Shown: in pieces, positions 40,092 to 50,286 of the stretch
Position numbering within the stretch: position 1 is the first letter of the stretch
Layout: each line of letters begins with the position of its first letter
NCBI GenBank assembly: GCA_963701855.1
Contig: CAVPBK010000004.1
Span: forward strand, 288,001-352,000
From: Nitrospirota bacterium
GTDB lineage: Bacteria; Nitrospirota; Nitrospiria; Nitrospirales; Nitrospiraceae
Direction: 5' to 3'
Length of the DNA: 64,000 nucleotides
Notes under the pieces: generated by a model
Seen by the model: the letters and a program-made list of their open reading frames with translations, nothing else
Databases searched by the model: none
Told to the model about the DNA's origin: nothing
Program-made: the position numbers and the translations under genes

Positions 40092-41399
40092 TCAGAGTGT
40101 TTTGGCCCGATACGTCAACAGCCGTAGCTGCGTATACTCATCGAAAATCTTTTTTGCGCTCTCCCGCTCTTTATCGGTCGCCAAGGTCGCCAGATATTTT
40201 TCTTTGAGTGCCGGTTCGGGCGTCGGAATCAACGCATAGTTCAGCACTGCTTCAATCGATGCGGCAGCCGATCCGGACGGGATCGCAAGGGAGAAGGGGA
40301 CTTTTCGCGTATGGCCCCCCTTGATGAAGGGATCGGGAATTGGACCCCGGAGAATTTTGTCGTAGGGCAAACCAAACTGCTTGGTCTCTTCCTTCAGCAC
40401 CTTGCCCTGCGCATCCTTGGCGGTCATAGTCAGATAAAACTGCGTGAGCACGGGGTCACCGTCAGGAAAGCTGTGAGGGAGACTGCCGATCCTTACCAGC
40501 GCCGTCCCCTCCACTGCAGAAGCAGACTTGGCAGTCTCAAGATCCACGCGGGGCATCCATTCGGCCTGTACGTTGCGATTCTTGATGATCGCGCCGGGAA
40601 CCACCACGCCGCGAAACCAGTGCCGGCCGATTGCGCGGGTCATGGCGCCGCGCTTCGAAGTGGAACTGCCGGTCGATGGTTCCATGTGGCAGTCTTGACA
40701 AATTGTCCCCTGCAAGATCTCACCCGCAAGATCTCTCTGCGTCACATCTTTCACTTTATCGAAATGGCAAGAAGCGCAATAGTTCGCGCCACGGAACACT
40801 TCAGATTGCGTAGCAGGATGAACGAGGTTTTCCTCCGGATTCGCATAGGGCCCATAGATCATCTTGCCTGGCTCAATCTTGAACGAGGGTGGAGAGTCGG
40901 CAGTCTGCTCAGTCTGCTTGATCAGATGGCAAGAGGCGCAGCCGATGCCCTCCACCTGCGGCTTGCCGGACAACACCTGAGCCACAATCTTGTCGGCATG
41001 TTGCGGGAACACGGTAGTTGACGGAACATGACAAGCGAGACAGCGGCGGCGCTCGTCTGCCGTCGGATCAGTCTGCAGCCAGACGCCCAAGACCGTGCGG
41101 AATACCAGAGACTCCAGCGACGTACCATGCAAGAGCGCCGCATCAACCCGGCCGAAGGCCTTGAGGTCAGGCGTCTGTTCGCGCGCACCTTTCCACTCTT
41201 CATAGTGCCGATCGTGGCATTGCTTGCAATCCTCCGATCGAATGAAGATCTTTTCGATTTCAGCCATCCAGTCGGCCTGAGCTTCTGCCTTCTGCGCGAT
41301 GGCGAGGCCATGATATAGGCCGATGATACCGACAATGAGCAAGAAGAAGACACCTGCGGCAATGTGCTGTGCATATGTGCTGCGTCGTAACATCGTCAA
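40092..41399 (-). CDS. Pentaheme c-type cytochrome (c554-like)
   Basis: N-terminal TM/signal; CKQCH, CLACH, CASCH, CASCH, CQDCH. Confidence 0.9.
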   Translation of the reverse strand: MTMLRRSTYAQHIAAGVFFLLIVGIIGLYHGLAIAQKAEAQADWMAEIEKIFIRSEDCKQCHDRHYEEWKGAREQTPDLKAFGRVDAALLHGTSLESLVFRTVLGVWLQTDPTADERRRCLACHVPSTTVFPQHADKIVAQVLSGKPQVEGIGCASCHLIKQTEQTADSPPSFKIEPGKMIYGPYANPEENLVHPATQSEVFRGANYCASCHFDKVKDVTQRDLAGEILQGTICQDCHMEPSTGSSTSKRGAMTRAIGRHWFRGVVVPGAIIKNRNVQAEWMPRVDLETAKSASAVEGTALVRIGSLPHSFPDGDPVLTQFYLTMTAKDAQGKVLKEETKQFGLPYDKILRGPIPDPFIKGGHTRKVPFSLAIPSGSAAASIEAVLNYALIPTPEPALKEKYLATLATDKERESAKKIFDEYTQLRLLTYRAKTL

Positions 41400-41881
41400 T
41401 CCCGCTTACACCCGACGAAATGGAAATTCACCCCCCACCCGACCGGATCGCCAGGGTCGGCCGGCTCATAGGTGCCGACAGTAAAATTACAGGCTTTCAT
41501 CCCGTGCTTGATCGCTCGCCCAAACTCAATCATGTTTCTGATCTCAGTCTTGTCGATTTCCTTGATGATGGATCGGACCTTGATGCCGGCGTTGTCGGCG
41601 CGCGAGCTTCCAATCACTTCGAACACCGCGACGCCCTGTGCTCGTTCGAGTTTCAATTCTTTCTTGATATCCTCGTCTACGTCTCCGACGATCACACCGA
41701 ATTCTTCACCCAATCGCCCGGCTTCATCCACGGTCATCGGCTCCTGATTCGCCGCACTCACCGGCGCCGTCGCGAAACCGGCCGGAACTCCCATACACAA
41801 GCTGACCCACAAGACAAAGGCCCTTCCACTCCGAAGGGCCTTTGTCTGATCACTGACTGAACTGATTCGAGCACCTTCCAA
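41396..41881 (-). CDS. Exported single-PDZ protein
   Basis: Signal peptide; GVAVFEVIGSSRADNAGIKVRSIIKEID. Confidence 0.75.
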   Translation of the reverse strand: MEGARISSVSDQTKALRSGRAFVLWVSLCMGVPAGFATAPVSAANQEPMTVDEAGRLGEEFGVIVGDVDEDIKKELKLERAQGVAVFEVIGSSRADNAGIKVRSIIKEIDKTEIRNMIEFGRAIKHGMKACNFTVGTYEPADPGDPVGWGVNFHFVGCKRD

Positions 41882-41969
41882 TGTTGTGCCTCTCTACAAC
41901 CATCCCGCCAAAAAATTTAACGGGCTGCTGGAAGAGTTTACCGCTGCAGCACAACAGAAGCACTCTCCC

Positions 41970-42180
41970 GCAAGATGCTCAAAAGATTCGTCCAACAAGG
42001 CCGCAGGCGAATCGAAACCGGAGGAGGTACCGACCGCACTTCGTGGAGCCGTTCGTCCGTATAATTGCTCTTGGCGAACGGAAAACCCCCTTCAACACTT
42101 CCGACCTCCGAGAATTTCAATCCGAACGTTGAGGATTTCAATGAGTCGAGAACGAAGTTAACGGACTTTTTCAGCGCCCA
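41970..42180. mobile_element. MITE-like element
   Basis: GCAAGATGCTCAAAAG..CAAGGCCGCAG..AACGTTGAG..GAGAAC..GACTTTTTCAGCG. Confidence 0.6.
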
Positions 42181-42181
42181 A

Positions 42182-43042
42182 CTAAAGCTTTGCGACCGGG
42201 TCGATGATGAGCTGAAACCAGGGCGCGACGGCTTTCTGTCCGTTCCGCTCTTTATTCTCCCCGTTCCACACGGCAAACGACACGGTTTGTACCCGGCCAG
42301 GGATCAGCTTGGCTTCGTTCTCTTGCTCTTCACTCACCAAGGATCTGCGCATGACGACATGCCACACTCCATCTTTCCATGCAGCCTTCCCCTGAACACG
42401 GCCCTGCTTCTCTTTGGTCGTCAGAGTACTAAATCCCCCGCCGATGAGATCCTCGACAGAAGAGGCCCGGCGTGGAATGACTTCGAACGTCCGCACACCG
42501 TCGCGGGCCTTCTCAGAAGGCTTGGCGGCTCGACGATCGATATCGCTCTGCCAGTCGGCCTTCCAATGCCAGATGTTGATGTAGTGATCGAGTTGGCCCA
42601 TGCAGAAGAACGCGGGAGCATCGCCGAGCGGGAGTCCGATTGCCACGCCGTCACGAAAGGTTCCTGGAGTCAGGCGGTCGTTCTTCGTGTTGTCCTGCCA
42701 TTCAAGCAGAAAGGCAATTTCGGCGCCGTTGTGGAGCGATCGCACCGTCAAGGCTCGCGCGGTCGGCTCCGGCCAGACCGGTCTGGTAATGACCTGTCCG
42801 CTCAATGGAAGCGTCATCGGCGAGACCTTAGCCCAGGCGTCATCCTCAGGCTCCGCCGGCAACGGCCCCTCGACGAGACGCGCGCGAATAATCATCCCCT
42901 CGGAACTGACCAGGGGCACACCGAACCCTACTAAAACACCGGCCACAACCAAAATGAAGAGGAACAGGAGAAATACCGGGCGGGAAGATATCTTCGTCGT
43001 CGTACGCACTATGCAAAGCCCTCGGGTGACCGGCGCGAGCAC
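42182..43042 (-). CDS. EbdC/NxrC-like heme-b protein (DMSO reductase type II gamma subunit family), copy 2
   Basis: LPLSGQVIT, FRDGVAI, FFCMGQ, INIWHWKA, VEDLIGGGFSTLT, FAVWNGENKERNGQK (Met/Lys ligands). Confidence 0.88.
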   Translation of the reverse strand: MLAPVTRGLCIVRTTTKISSRPVFLLFLFILVVAGVLVGFGVPLVSSEGMIIRARLVEGPLPAEPEDDAWAKVSPMTLPLSGQVITRPVWPEPTARALTVRSLHNGAEIAFLLEWQDNTKNDRLTPGTFRDGVAIGLPLGDAPAFFCMGQLDHYINIWHWKADWQSDIDRRAAKPSEKARDGVRTFEVIPRRASSVEDLIGGGFSTLTTKEKQGRVQGKAAWKDGVWHVVMRRSLVSEEQENEAKLIPGRVQTVSFAVWNGENKERNGQKAVAPWFQLIIDPVAKL

Positions 43043-43104
43043 ATCGCGATGGGCTCAGAATACCACACAGTCCGAGCAAGACCAATCCGACTGCAGGCGA
43101 ATTG

Positions 43105-44358
43105 CTACAAGAGTTTTACACGGCGAATTTTGTTTTCGCCCCGTTCGCAGATGTAGAGATAGCCCTGGGTGTCCAGTGAAAGTCCGACCGGAGAGTTGAC
43201 GACAGCTTCCACTCCGAGGAGTCCGTCCCCATGTTTCACCGTTCCAGCCGACTCTTTCGCCACGAAACGAGCTGCGCCGCAGCCACCCATATTCTTGTCT
43301 TCGTAGCCGCTGTCACCGTTGCCTGCCACCGTCGTGATCAAGCCGGTTGCAACTTCTACCTTACGCACGCGATGATTCATCGTATCGGAGATGTAGAGAT
43401 TGTCCTGTCGATCGACCACCACAGCTTCCGGCGCATGAAGCATGGCTCTGATCGCCGGCTTGTCGTCACCGTCGTAGCCGTACCGGCACACGCCGGCTAC
43501 AGTCGAGATGACGCCGCTGCGGTGATCGATACTACGGACGCGGTTACTGCCTTTGTCGACGAAAATAATATCGCCTTTCCCGTTCACCGTGATCCCAACG
43601 ACATCGTAGATGCGGGCTTCGAGCGCGGGCTTTCCATCGTCGAGATACATCGACATGTCCAGTCCGTCTGAACAGACCGGCATAAGCCAGCCATGATCAT
43701 CGCTGAAGTCGATGCCGATGGCATCGCCGGAGAGTACCACCAGATTCCGCGCCACGAGCGGCTGTTCACGGGCCTCGTCCTCTGCCGTCCAAGTCCCGGC
43801 GACGGTCGTCACCATGCCTGTCAGAGGATCGTAGCGACGGATTCGGTGCGCCTGGGTGTCGGCAATGTACATCACATCGTTGGGATCGAAAGCGATGGCG
43901 GCCGGCCAGGTGAGATTGACCTCAAGGGCCGGACCATCTCCATTGAACCCATGCTGCCCGGTGCCAATGATCGTAGTGATGATGCCGGTCTCATGGTTCA
44001 CTTTCCTGATGCGGTTACTGCCGGAATCGCAGATGTAGAGATCATTGCGGGAGTCGAATGCGACGTCGAGCGGTAGATAGAGCCCGGCTTCCCCACAGAG
44101 GCCTTCGTCTCCGCTATAGCAGGTTTCGCCGATACCGGCAAAATTATGAAGCGTGCCTTCCCGAAGATTGACCCGCCGGATACGATCGGACCCGGACTCG
44201 GCAAAGTAGAACCAGGTCTCGTCCTTGTCGAGGGCGGCATGATGCGGCAGTGGAATCCCGGACTTAACCGCCCGTTTTCCATCTCCGGTGCTCCGGGCCT
44301 TGCCGTTGCCTGCGAAGGTCTCGATATAGCCGGTCGCGAGCTGAAGCTCAACTTCCAT
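43105..44358 (-). CDS. NHL-repeat beta-propeller protein
   Basis: Repeated LYIxDxxxxRIRKV..G.ITTVAG units. Confidence 0.88.
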   Translation of the reverse strand: MEVELQLATGYIETFAGNGKARSTGDGKRAVKSGIPLPHHAALDKDETWFYFAESGSDRIRRVNLREGTLHNFAGIGETCYSGDEGLCGEAGLYLPLDVAFDSRNDLYICDSGSNRIRKVNHETGIITTIIGTGQHGFNGDGPALEVNLTWPAAIAFDPNDVMYIADTQAHRIRRYDPLTGMVTTVAGTWTAEDEAREQPLVARNLVVLSGDAIGIDFSDDHGWLMPVCSDGLDMSMYLDDGKPALEARIYDVVGITVNGKGDIIFVDKGSNRVRSIDHRSGVISTVAGVCRYGYDGDDKPAIRAMLHAPEAVVVDRQDNLYISDTMNHRVRKVEVATGLITTVAGNGDSGYEDKNMGGCGAARFVAKESAGTVKHGDGLLGVEAVVNSPVGLSLDTQGYLYICERGENKIRRVKLL

Positions 44359-44383
44359 ATGCCTATGGCCCTATCCCGGCTGG

Positions 44384-44665
44384 TTAGCCGCGTGAAGCTG
44401 AATGAACCGGCGAGGCCGTCTGTTCCACGGGAATCGATGCTTGCACCGTGGGTTGCGGAATCGCTTGCTGCGGAGCGTCGGCCATGTTCTGCTGGGCCGC
44501 TTGGGCTTCGGCTTCAATCGCGTCCGCCTCATGCACGGACTTTTTGAAGCCTTTAATCGCCTTGCCGATCCCCTCTCCCAGCTGCGGCAATTTTCCCGCG
44601 CCGAAGATGACGAGCACGATGACAAGAATCAGGATCAACTCTGTAATACCAAGACTCCCAAACAT
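44384..44665 (-). CDS. tatA: Twin-arginine translocase subunit TatA
   Basis: [37 protein letters not shown]. Confidence 0.95.
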   Translation of the reverse strand: MFGSLGITELILILVIVLVIFGAGKLPQLGEGIGKAIKGFKKSVHEADAIEAEAQAAQQNMADAPQQAIPQPTVQASIPVEQTASPVHSASRG

Positions 44666-44694
44666 GGTGTGTTCCTCCCGTATGGTTGGGGCAA

Positions 44695-45504
44695 TCAGGA
44701 TGCGCTACTGTCTTTCGCTCGTTTGGAAAACCGGTCTTTCAACCGCTTCCTGGCCTGCTCGGCCTGTTCGAACATCTTCGCCTTATCATAGACACTGATC
44801 AAGTTGTAATAGGCCAGCGGCTCTTCTGGGTTCTGCTCGACGGCCTCTTCCATGACCTTGATGGCGAGATCCACCTTCTTGTGGTTCAACGCCAGTTCCA
44901 TTAACTTGAAACTGCCCTCCAGATGCTTTGGGTCCAATTCGAGCGTGCGGATGTAGCATTGAATGGCCATATCGATTGTATTGTAGTCCGAAACTTGGGG
45001 ATTATCGAGTTCGACATAGACCCCAGCGAGATTGTACCAAGCCATGGGATCGTCCGGTGTAATCTCCACCAGGCGCTCGTAATACCCCTTGGATTCCATG
45101 AACTTCTTTTTGTCGGCATAGACCCGCCCAAGATTGAAGAGCGCCAGGACATCGTGGGGGAATACGTCGAGCGCATGCTTGAATTCGGTTTCCGCTTCAT
45201 CTGTCATAGCCTTCGTCGCGTAGATCGTACCCAAGTTCGAATAGTACATCGCGAGAGACCGATTCATCTCTGCGCGGAGCCCTTCCGCCATTTCAATCGA
45301 CTTCTTGACCTCCACAAGCGCGTCATCCATCCGGCCTTTGCTGAAATAGAGCTCGCCTAAACGGCAGCGGGCCTGGAAATCGTCAGGCTCGATCGCCAAG
45401 AGTTTTTCAATCTCGGCGATTTCTTCGTCGGGACTCAGCGGCTGATCGCCAGGATCGACAATGGTCTGGCTTTGATCAGGAACAGAAGCGATTGGTTCGT
45501 TCAT
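44695..45504 (-). CDS. TPR-repeat protein
   Basis: Multiple YxNLG/YNLA TPR motifs; start placed at MNEPIAS. Confidence 0.85.
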   Translation of the reverse strand: MNEPIASVPDQSQTIVDPGDQPLSPDEEIAEIEKLLAIEPDDFQARCRLGELYFSKGRMDDALVEVKKSIEMAEGLRAEMNRSLAMYYSNLGTIYATKAMTDEAETEFKHALDVFPHDVLALFNLGRVYADKKKFMESKGYYERLVEITPDDPMAWYNLAGVYVELDNPQVSDYNTIDMAIQCYIRTLELDPKHLEGSFKLMELALNHKKVDLAIKVMEEAVEQNPEEPLAYYNLISVYDKAKMFEQAEQARKRLKDRFSKRAKDSSAS

Positions 45505-45526
45505 ACGATTTCCTGTAGCAATAAAG

Positions 45527-46660
45527 TTAGATGTGTCCGCCCGCCAATGAATCCGGTGTGCCGACCATGGGAGCGTTCGTTGCAGACGCCGATTCCGCCG
45601 CATTACGCCGTTGTCGATCCATGGTTAAGAGCATCGTGCCGAGCACCACCATGAGCGTCAGATTGGAATACAGAAGCGCATACCCCGCGATAAACATCAA
45701 TCCAAGACCATACCCGGCAAGCCGCCCCATATTGAGTAACTTAATAACCGTGTACGACCAGCACAACAGGCCTGTCAGGTAAAACGCAAACGGGAGAAAA
45801 AATGTGTAACCCATGCCGAACTGAAAGATCCATCCGATGCCATCTGCCGCCTTACGAATGTTACTGGCCATCCCAGCGTCATACCGATGGAGCAGATAAT
45901 CTAAGAACAGCATCACCGTAAACACGGATACGGAGGTCGCCCAAAACAAGATGGCGCGTCGACGTTGCCGTTGATTGCGCGTCCGAAACGAGACGCCCTG
46001 TCCATAGGCCCACATCACCAGGATGCTGGATAAGACCAAGAGCCCTTCACCTCCACGATGCGCCTCGTATACAAACGGCGGGGCCTGCACAGTTCCGATA
46101 AAACTATAGATGGTGGACATGATCTGATAATACAACCAGCCCCCAACTCCAAGGAGATAGGTAATGCCCATGGCGCGATGCGACCATTCGGTGTGGGTGG
46201 AGAGGTACTCCATCATCAGGCAGATCAACGCGACCAGCGCCACGAGGTTATAAATAGCCGACCCCAGAAAGGCCGGTGGAACCAACAAAAATCCCACCGT
46301 GAGAAGCAACAGGAGCGCGACACAAGGAATGACGATCCTGTTCGATCCCACAAACCCACGATTGGCCATTCGATTGATGCCTGCCACACTGAGGGCAAGA
46401 AACAGCAGAATCGCCACGACATTGAGCAGCCACTGCCCGATCTGCGTCAAAACCGTGAAGGTTGGGATAATCCATTCATGCTCCTGGGCCAGCTTGCTCA
46501 AATGCATCCCTAATCGCGACACAAGCCGATACAGGATTAATTCCGAGAAGGAAACGAGCAGGACGAGCTTGATCGTGTACCGAAACAGCAGGGATTGATC
46601 ACTGAGCTTCCCCGTAATCCGGTCGATGGTGGGATTCGTCGTAGCCATCACTCTGTACAC
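45527..46660 (-). CDS. Polytopic membrane protein of unknown function
   Basis: About 9-10 hydrophobic segments. Confidence 0.8.
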   Translation of the reverse strand: MYRVMATTNPTIDRITGKLSDQSLLFRYTIKLVLLVSFSELILYRLVSRLGMHLSKLAQEHEWIIPTFTVLTQIGQWLLNVVAILLFLALSVAGINRMANRGFVGSNRIVIPCVALLLLLTVGFLLVPPAFLGSAIYNLVALVALICLMMEYLSTHTEWSHRAMGITYLLGVGGWLYYQIMSTIYSFIGTVQAPPFVYEAHRGGEGLLVLSSILVMWAYGQGVSFRTRNQRQRRRAILFWATSVSVFTVMLFLDYLLHRYDAGMASNIRKAADGIGWIFQFGMGYTFFLPFAFYLTGLLCWSYTVIKLLNMGRLAGYGLGLMFIAGYALLYSNLTLMVVLGTMLLTMDRQRRNAAESASATNAPMVGTPDSLAGGHI

Positions 46661-46728
46661 CCTCGCGGAGAATACGAATTACACCGATTCGAGAACAGTC
46701 AGGGACTCCGTCGCACGAAACAGGCGCA

Positions 46729-48525
46729 TTACAACCCAGCCGGCTGCGGTTCGCGCACTTCCCGGGCCTTGGCCCGTGCGATATACAGCAGTCCGTCGGC
46801 CATCGAGTAGTTGAACGGCAACTCGCACACAACTTCGCTGACTTTTTCGTAGACATGCTGATACAGGCGCTCCGCTTCGTCCGGTGTCATGCCTTCCGAC
46901 ACCTCATAGAAGAAGCCCAGGCTCAAATCCTCCGCCGACGGGCGCATGATCCGTCTGATTCCATAACTGCCGGGGTCGCTCATGATCGGCGCTTCTTTTT
47001 CCAAATCAAAGAGGCACGGCTGACAAGAGAACCCATACAATCCATGCAGCCGCTCGTTCTCCACGATAAAATTCATCGTCTCCCTGGCCTCTTCTTCCTT
47101 CTCGGTTGGGAACCCCACAATGATGTAGCAATGCAACGCAATCCCCAGATCAATGCAATCGTCGGCAATACGACGCACCCATTCCTGCTTGATCCCCTTC
47201 TTCATGAAGTCCATCACCCGCTGATTGAACGACTCCAATCCGAACACGATCTTCAGACACCCGGCATCCCGCATCGACGCCAGAAGTTCACGGGTGAGAT
47301 GCTTCTCGAAGCGCATCTCACAGGTCCATTTGATATCCAACTTCTTGTCAATGATCTGCTGGCACAACCGTTTAGCCGGTGAGAGGGCCACGCACTCGTC
47401 GGTGAAGAAGAACCGCTGAGCTCCATACCGCTGCTTGAGCCATGCCAATTCCTCGACCGTCCGTCCCGGTTCTTTCTGTCTGAAGTTCTGATGATCCAGC
47501 GTGAGGGCACAGAACGCACAGTCCTTGTAATAGCAGCCTCGTGAAAACTGCACAGGCAGCACTGGCTCCGGCGACAAATACAATCCGAGCGGGAAACCGT
47601 CGTAGTTGGGAGCCGGAAGCTGATTGATATTTTCAGAATAAAACGGCTGGTTAATCGTAATCTTTCCGTTCTGGCGATAGATCAGATTCGGAACTTTGCT
47701 GAAATCTTTTTTCCCATCCAATTGATTGACGAGTTCGAGCAACGCGGTCTCGCCCTCGAACACGATGATATCGTCGGTCAGATCGAAGAGACTCGGGCAA
47801 CGGCGCACATTATCGACCAATCTGGTGAAGATGCTGCCGCCGATGGTCAGATGGATGTTGGGAGCGGTTTCCTTAATCAAACGACAGAGTGTCAGACCGG
47901 GGATAATCTGCGAGGTCGCCGTAATCGACACGCCAATCAAGTCCGGCTGGTTGTCGACAATCGACTGTACGAAGTGCTCACGAAAGAACCGGATGTAGGG
48001 GTTCTGGGCTTCATCCCTGATGATCTTCATCAGATCTTTAGATGAATAGATGGAACAGTTGCCGAACTGATTGTCGACGACCGTCAGTCGGGTCGGGAAA
48101 TAGAGGGTGGAGATCACCTCCAGCCATTTGTCGATGAGAAAAAGACCTTCCTTATAGGATTCGAGATCGTAGAAGCCCTCCCCGCGGAGAGTCTCCTTGG
48201 CCGGTTCGATCCGATCGATGAGATAGGGAAAGCGGTCCAGCGACTCCACCACTCTCGCCAAATGCTCAGCACTTCCCGGTCCAGTTTCTCCAATTCGCTC
48301 CCGCTCAAGCGTGTGCTGTTTATCGACCAACTCTTGATAGAGCGCCGCCCCATAGGAGTGGGTGACTACCTTATCTAAGAGTTCGATCCCAAGATCGCGC
48401 TGGGAAACGTTAGTGACGCCGCCCTGAGCCAAAAACCCCGTCAACGAGGGGAGGCTCAGATAGGGCTGTGACGGATGCCACGTTGGAGGAAAGAGCAGTG
48501 AAACTTTCATGCCGATCATCTCCAA
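46729..48525 (-). CDS. B12-binding-domain radical SAM protein
   Basis: PYLSLPSL, PDLIGVS..HLTIGG, SRGCYYKDCAFC, FGLES, IVGFPTE. Confidence 0.9.
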   Translation of the reverse strand: MEMIGMKVSLLFPPTWHPSQPYLSLPSLTGFLAQGGVTNVSQRDLGIELLDKVVTHSYGAALYQELVDKQHTLERERIGETGPGSAEHLARVVESLDRFPYLIDRIEPAKETLRGEGFYDLESYKEGLFLIDKWLEVISTLYFPTRLTVVDNQFGNCSIYSSKDLMKIIRDEAQNPYIRFFREHFVQSIVDNQPDLIGVSITATSQIIPGLTLCRLIKETAPNIHLTIGGSIFTRLVDNVRRCPSLFDLTDDIIVFEGETALLELVNQLDGKKDFSKVPNLIYRQNGKITINQPFYSENINQLPAPNYDGFPLGLYLSPEPVLPVQFSRGCYYKDCAFCALTLDHQNFRQKEPGRTVEELAWLKQRYGAQRFFFTDECVALSPAKRLCQQIIDKKLDIKWTCEMRFEKHLTRELLASMRDAGCLKIVFGLESFNQRVMDFMKKGIKQEWVRRIADDCIDLGIALHCYIIVGFPTEKEEEARETMNFIVENERLHGLYGFSCQPCLFDLEKEAPIMSDPGSYGIRRIMRPSAEDLSLGFFYEVSEGMTPDEAERLYQHVYEKVSEVVCELPFNYSMADGLLYIARAKAREVREPQPAGL

Positions 48526-48674
48526 CTTGTCGGAAAATAAGTTGAAATATCATTAAATTCAGACTATTTTTATACACTCCGGTCTCGGCCAAATGCAACC
48601 CTCAGAGGCCTCACTTCCTCCACCTCCCGCCTGCCCTCATTTTATCTGTTTAACGGCCTTCCTATAGACATGCC

Positions 48675-48908
48675 TTGGCATACAGAACAAATTTTGATTA
48701 TATTTTGCCATCACTTGAGGAAAGGGAAAATGCCTATGACACTATACGGAAAATCATTGGAGCCAAGTCGAAAGATGAGGTGACCGAGTTCGTTCGTGCG
48801 CTTCCCGCATCGAGTATCATGCAGTGGAAAGTGACGCCGCTCGAGATCTTTGCTCACCGAGCCGACATCGAAAAGAAGGTGGTGCAGGGACTCCGCGCGC
48901 AGAAATAG
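48675..48908 (+). CDS. Possible small hypothetical protein or gene remnant
   Basis: 77-aa TTG-start ORF; C-terminal half looks protein-like. Confidence 0.3.
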   Translation: MAYRTNFDYILPSLEERENAYDTIRKIIGAKSKDEVTEFVRALPASSIMQWKVTPLEIFAHRADIEKKVVQGLRAQK

Positions 48909-49011
48909 TTCAACTCGCCAATCCGGATCGCATCAGATCTGCACGCCTCGTACGCAGTCACAGCGAATGGCACTTGCGCATAGCCACCATAAATCATGCT
49001 GGCAAACAAAT

Positions 49012-49054
49012 GAGAAAACCCCAGTCCGGCCTGATGCCGGACTGGGGTTTTCTC
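49012..49054. terminator. Strong hairpin terminator downstream of nxrC
   Basis: GAGAAAACCCCAGTCCGGC-CTGAT-GCCGGACTGGGGTTTTCTC, perfect 19-bp stem. Confidence 0.85.
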
Positions 49055-49076
49055 GTTACGCTATCGCTCTTCCCTG

Positions 49077-50027
49077 CTACAGCTTCAGAGTAAACCAGGT
49101 GGAGAGAGCCTTCATGCCGTTCCGTTCAATATTGTTACCGTCCCACACTGCAAAGGCGATGGGCACGGACATTCCTGCCTTGAACTGGGTATCGTTGGCA
49201 TCACCGGTTTCCAACGTGCGCTTCACCACCACGCGCCAGGTTGGACCAGTGTATCCACCACCCTTGATGGAACCAGAAGGTTCCCACACACCGTTTCCGA
49301 TAACATCCTGATGCGCTTGCGTCGTGAGGGTGCTGAAGCCATTGGCATTCAGATCCTCAACCGAACTCACGCGCAGCGTCGGATCGGACATGATGTTGCC
49401 AGACCAAATGCCAGGATTAAAGGGCCCAAGGCTCCGGCCGATCCGGTCTGGATAGGTCACGCCGCCCGCTGGCTCTTCGAAATAGTAGTCCCAGAAAATG
49501 CCTGGATATTGGTCGTCCACGTCCCAGATGCCTGCGCTATCCTTACCGATGTCCTTCTGCCACTCCGCGTTCCATCGCCAGATGTTGGTGGTGCCGCCTG
49601 ACTGACCCATGCACTGGAAGGGTGGCGCGCCAGCCAAGTTGACTGGGAACATGATCGCCGCCTGATCCCGGAAGTCCTGGGGACCGATAGTCGTATCGTT
49701 CTTGGTCTGATCGATCCACTCTATGCGCAAACCGATCTCTTTGCCGTTGGTCATAGCTTTCACGAACACCGACTTCACCGAAATATTCGGGTGCATCGGC
49801 GTGGTGATCAGTTGCCCGCTCAATGGTACAATCACTCCAGGCACACCCTCCCAGACCGGGTTCGCGCCATCCATCGGGATCGCTCCCTTGACCATCTTCG
49901 CCGGGATCGTCACTGGCTGGCTGACCGCCAACGGAACCTGCCCGATCGTCAGCATCACGCCCACGATCAACGCAGTGAGAAGAACGCCGAGCACCACACG
50001 CTTGCTGTGTGTCTGCACTACGCTCAT
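49077..50027 (-). CDS. nxrC: Putative nitrite oxidoreductase gamma subunit (EbdC-like heme-b protein)
   Basis: Signal/TM; VPLSGQLIT, FRDQAAIMFP, FQCMGQ, NIWRWNAEWQ, FAVWDGNNIERNGMK; adjacent TorD-family chaperone. Confidence 0.8.
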   Translation of the reverse strand: MSVVQTHSKRVVLGVLLTALIVGVMLTIGQVPLAVSQPVTIPAKMVKGAIPMDGANPVWEGVPGVIVPLSGQLITTPMHPNISVKSVFVKAMTNGKEIGLRIEWIDQTKNDTTIGPQDFRDQAAIMFPVNLAGAPPFQCMGQSGGTTNIWRWNAEWQKDIGKDSAGIWDVDDQYPGIFWDYYFEEPAGGVTYPDRIGRSLGPFNPGIWSGNIMSDPTLRVSSVEDLNANGFSTLTTQAHQDVIGNGVWEPSGSIKGGGYTGPTWRVVVKRTLETGDANDTQFKAGMSVPIAFAVWDGNNIERNGMKALSTWFTLKL

Positions 50028-50076
50028 AAGATATCCCTCCTCTCGATTAAAAGTACACTCACGTTCATGCCAACGA

Positions 50077-50190
50077 TCAATGCGGATTAGTCAGTATAGT
50101 AAAGAGGGCCAAAAGCACACCCGCGACCACCGACGCGATAAGAATACCGATTCTTACGCGGTTGTTCGCCGGCTTCTCTTCTTTTGTCAT
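50077..50190 (-). CDS. 37-aa single-TM microprotein (not in ORF track)
   Basis: GAGGA RBS, ATG 50190: MTKEEKPANNRVRIGILIASVVAGVLLALFTILTNPH*. Confidence 0.7.
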   Translation of the reverse strand: MTKEEKPANNRVRIGILIASVVAGVLLALFTILTNPH

Positions 50191-50286
50191 AGGATATTCC
50201 TCTTCTCTACTGAAGAAATCAAGAGTGTTGGCCTAAGATCACTCCCGACAACTTCACAAAGAATCTTTCATGAACATCGTCGACGG

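Noticed and set aside
42065..42934. Long plus-strand ORF (289 aa), and similar ones at 31637, 49723, 59831 and 14054
   Set aside because: Antisense shadows of well-supported genes, with no recognisable motifs.
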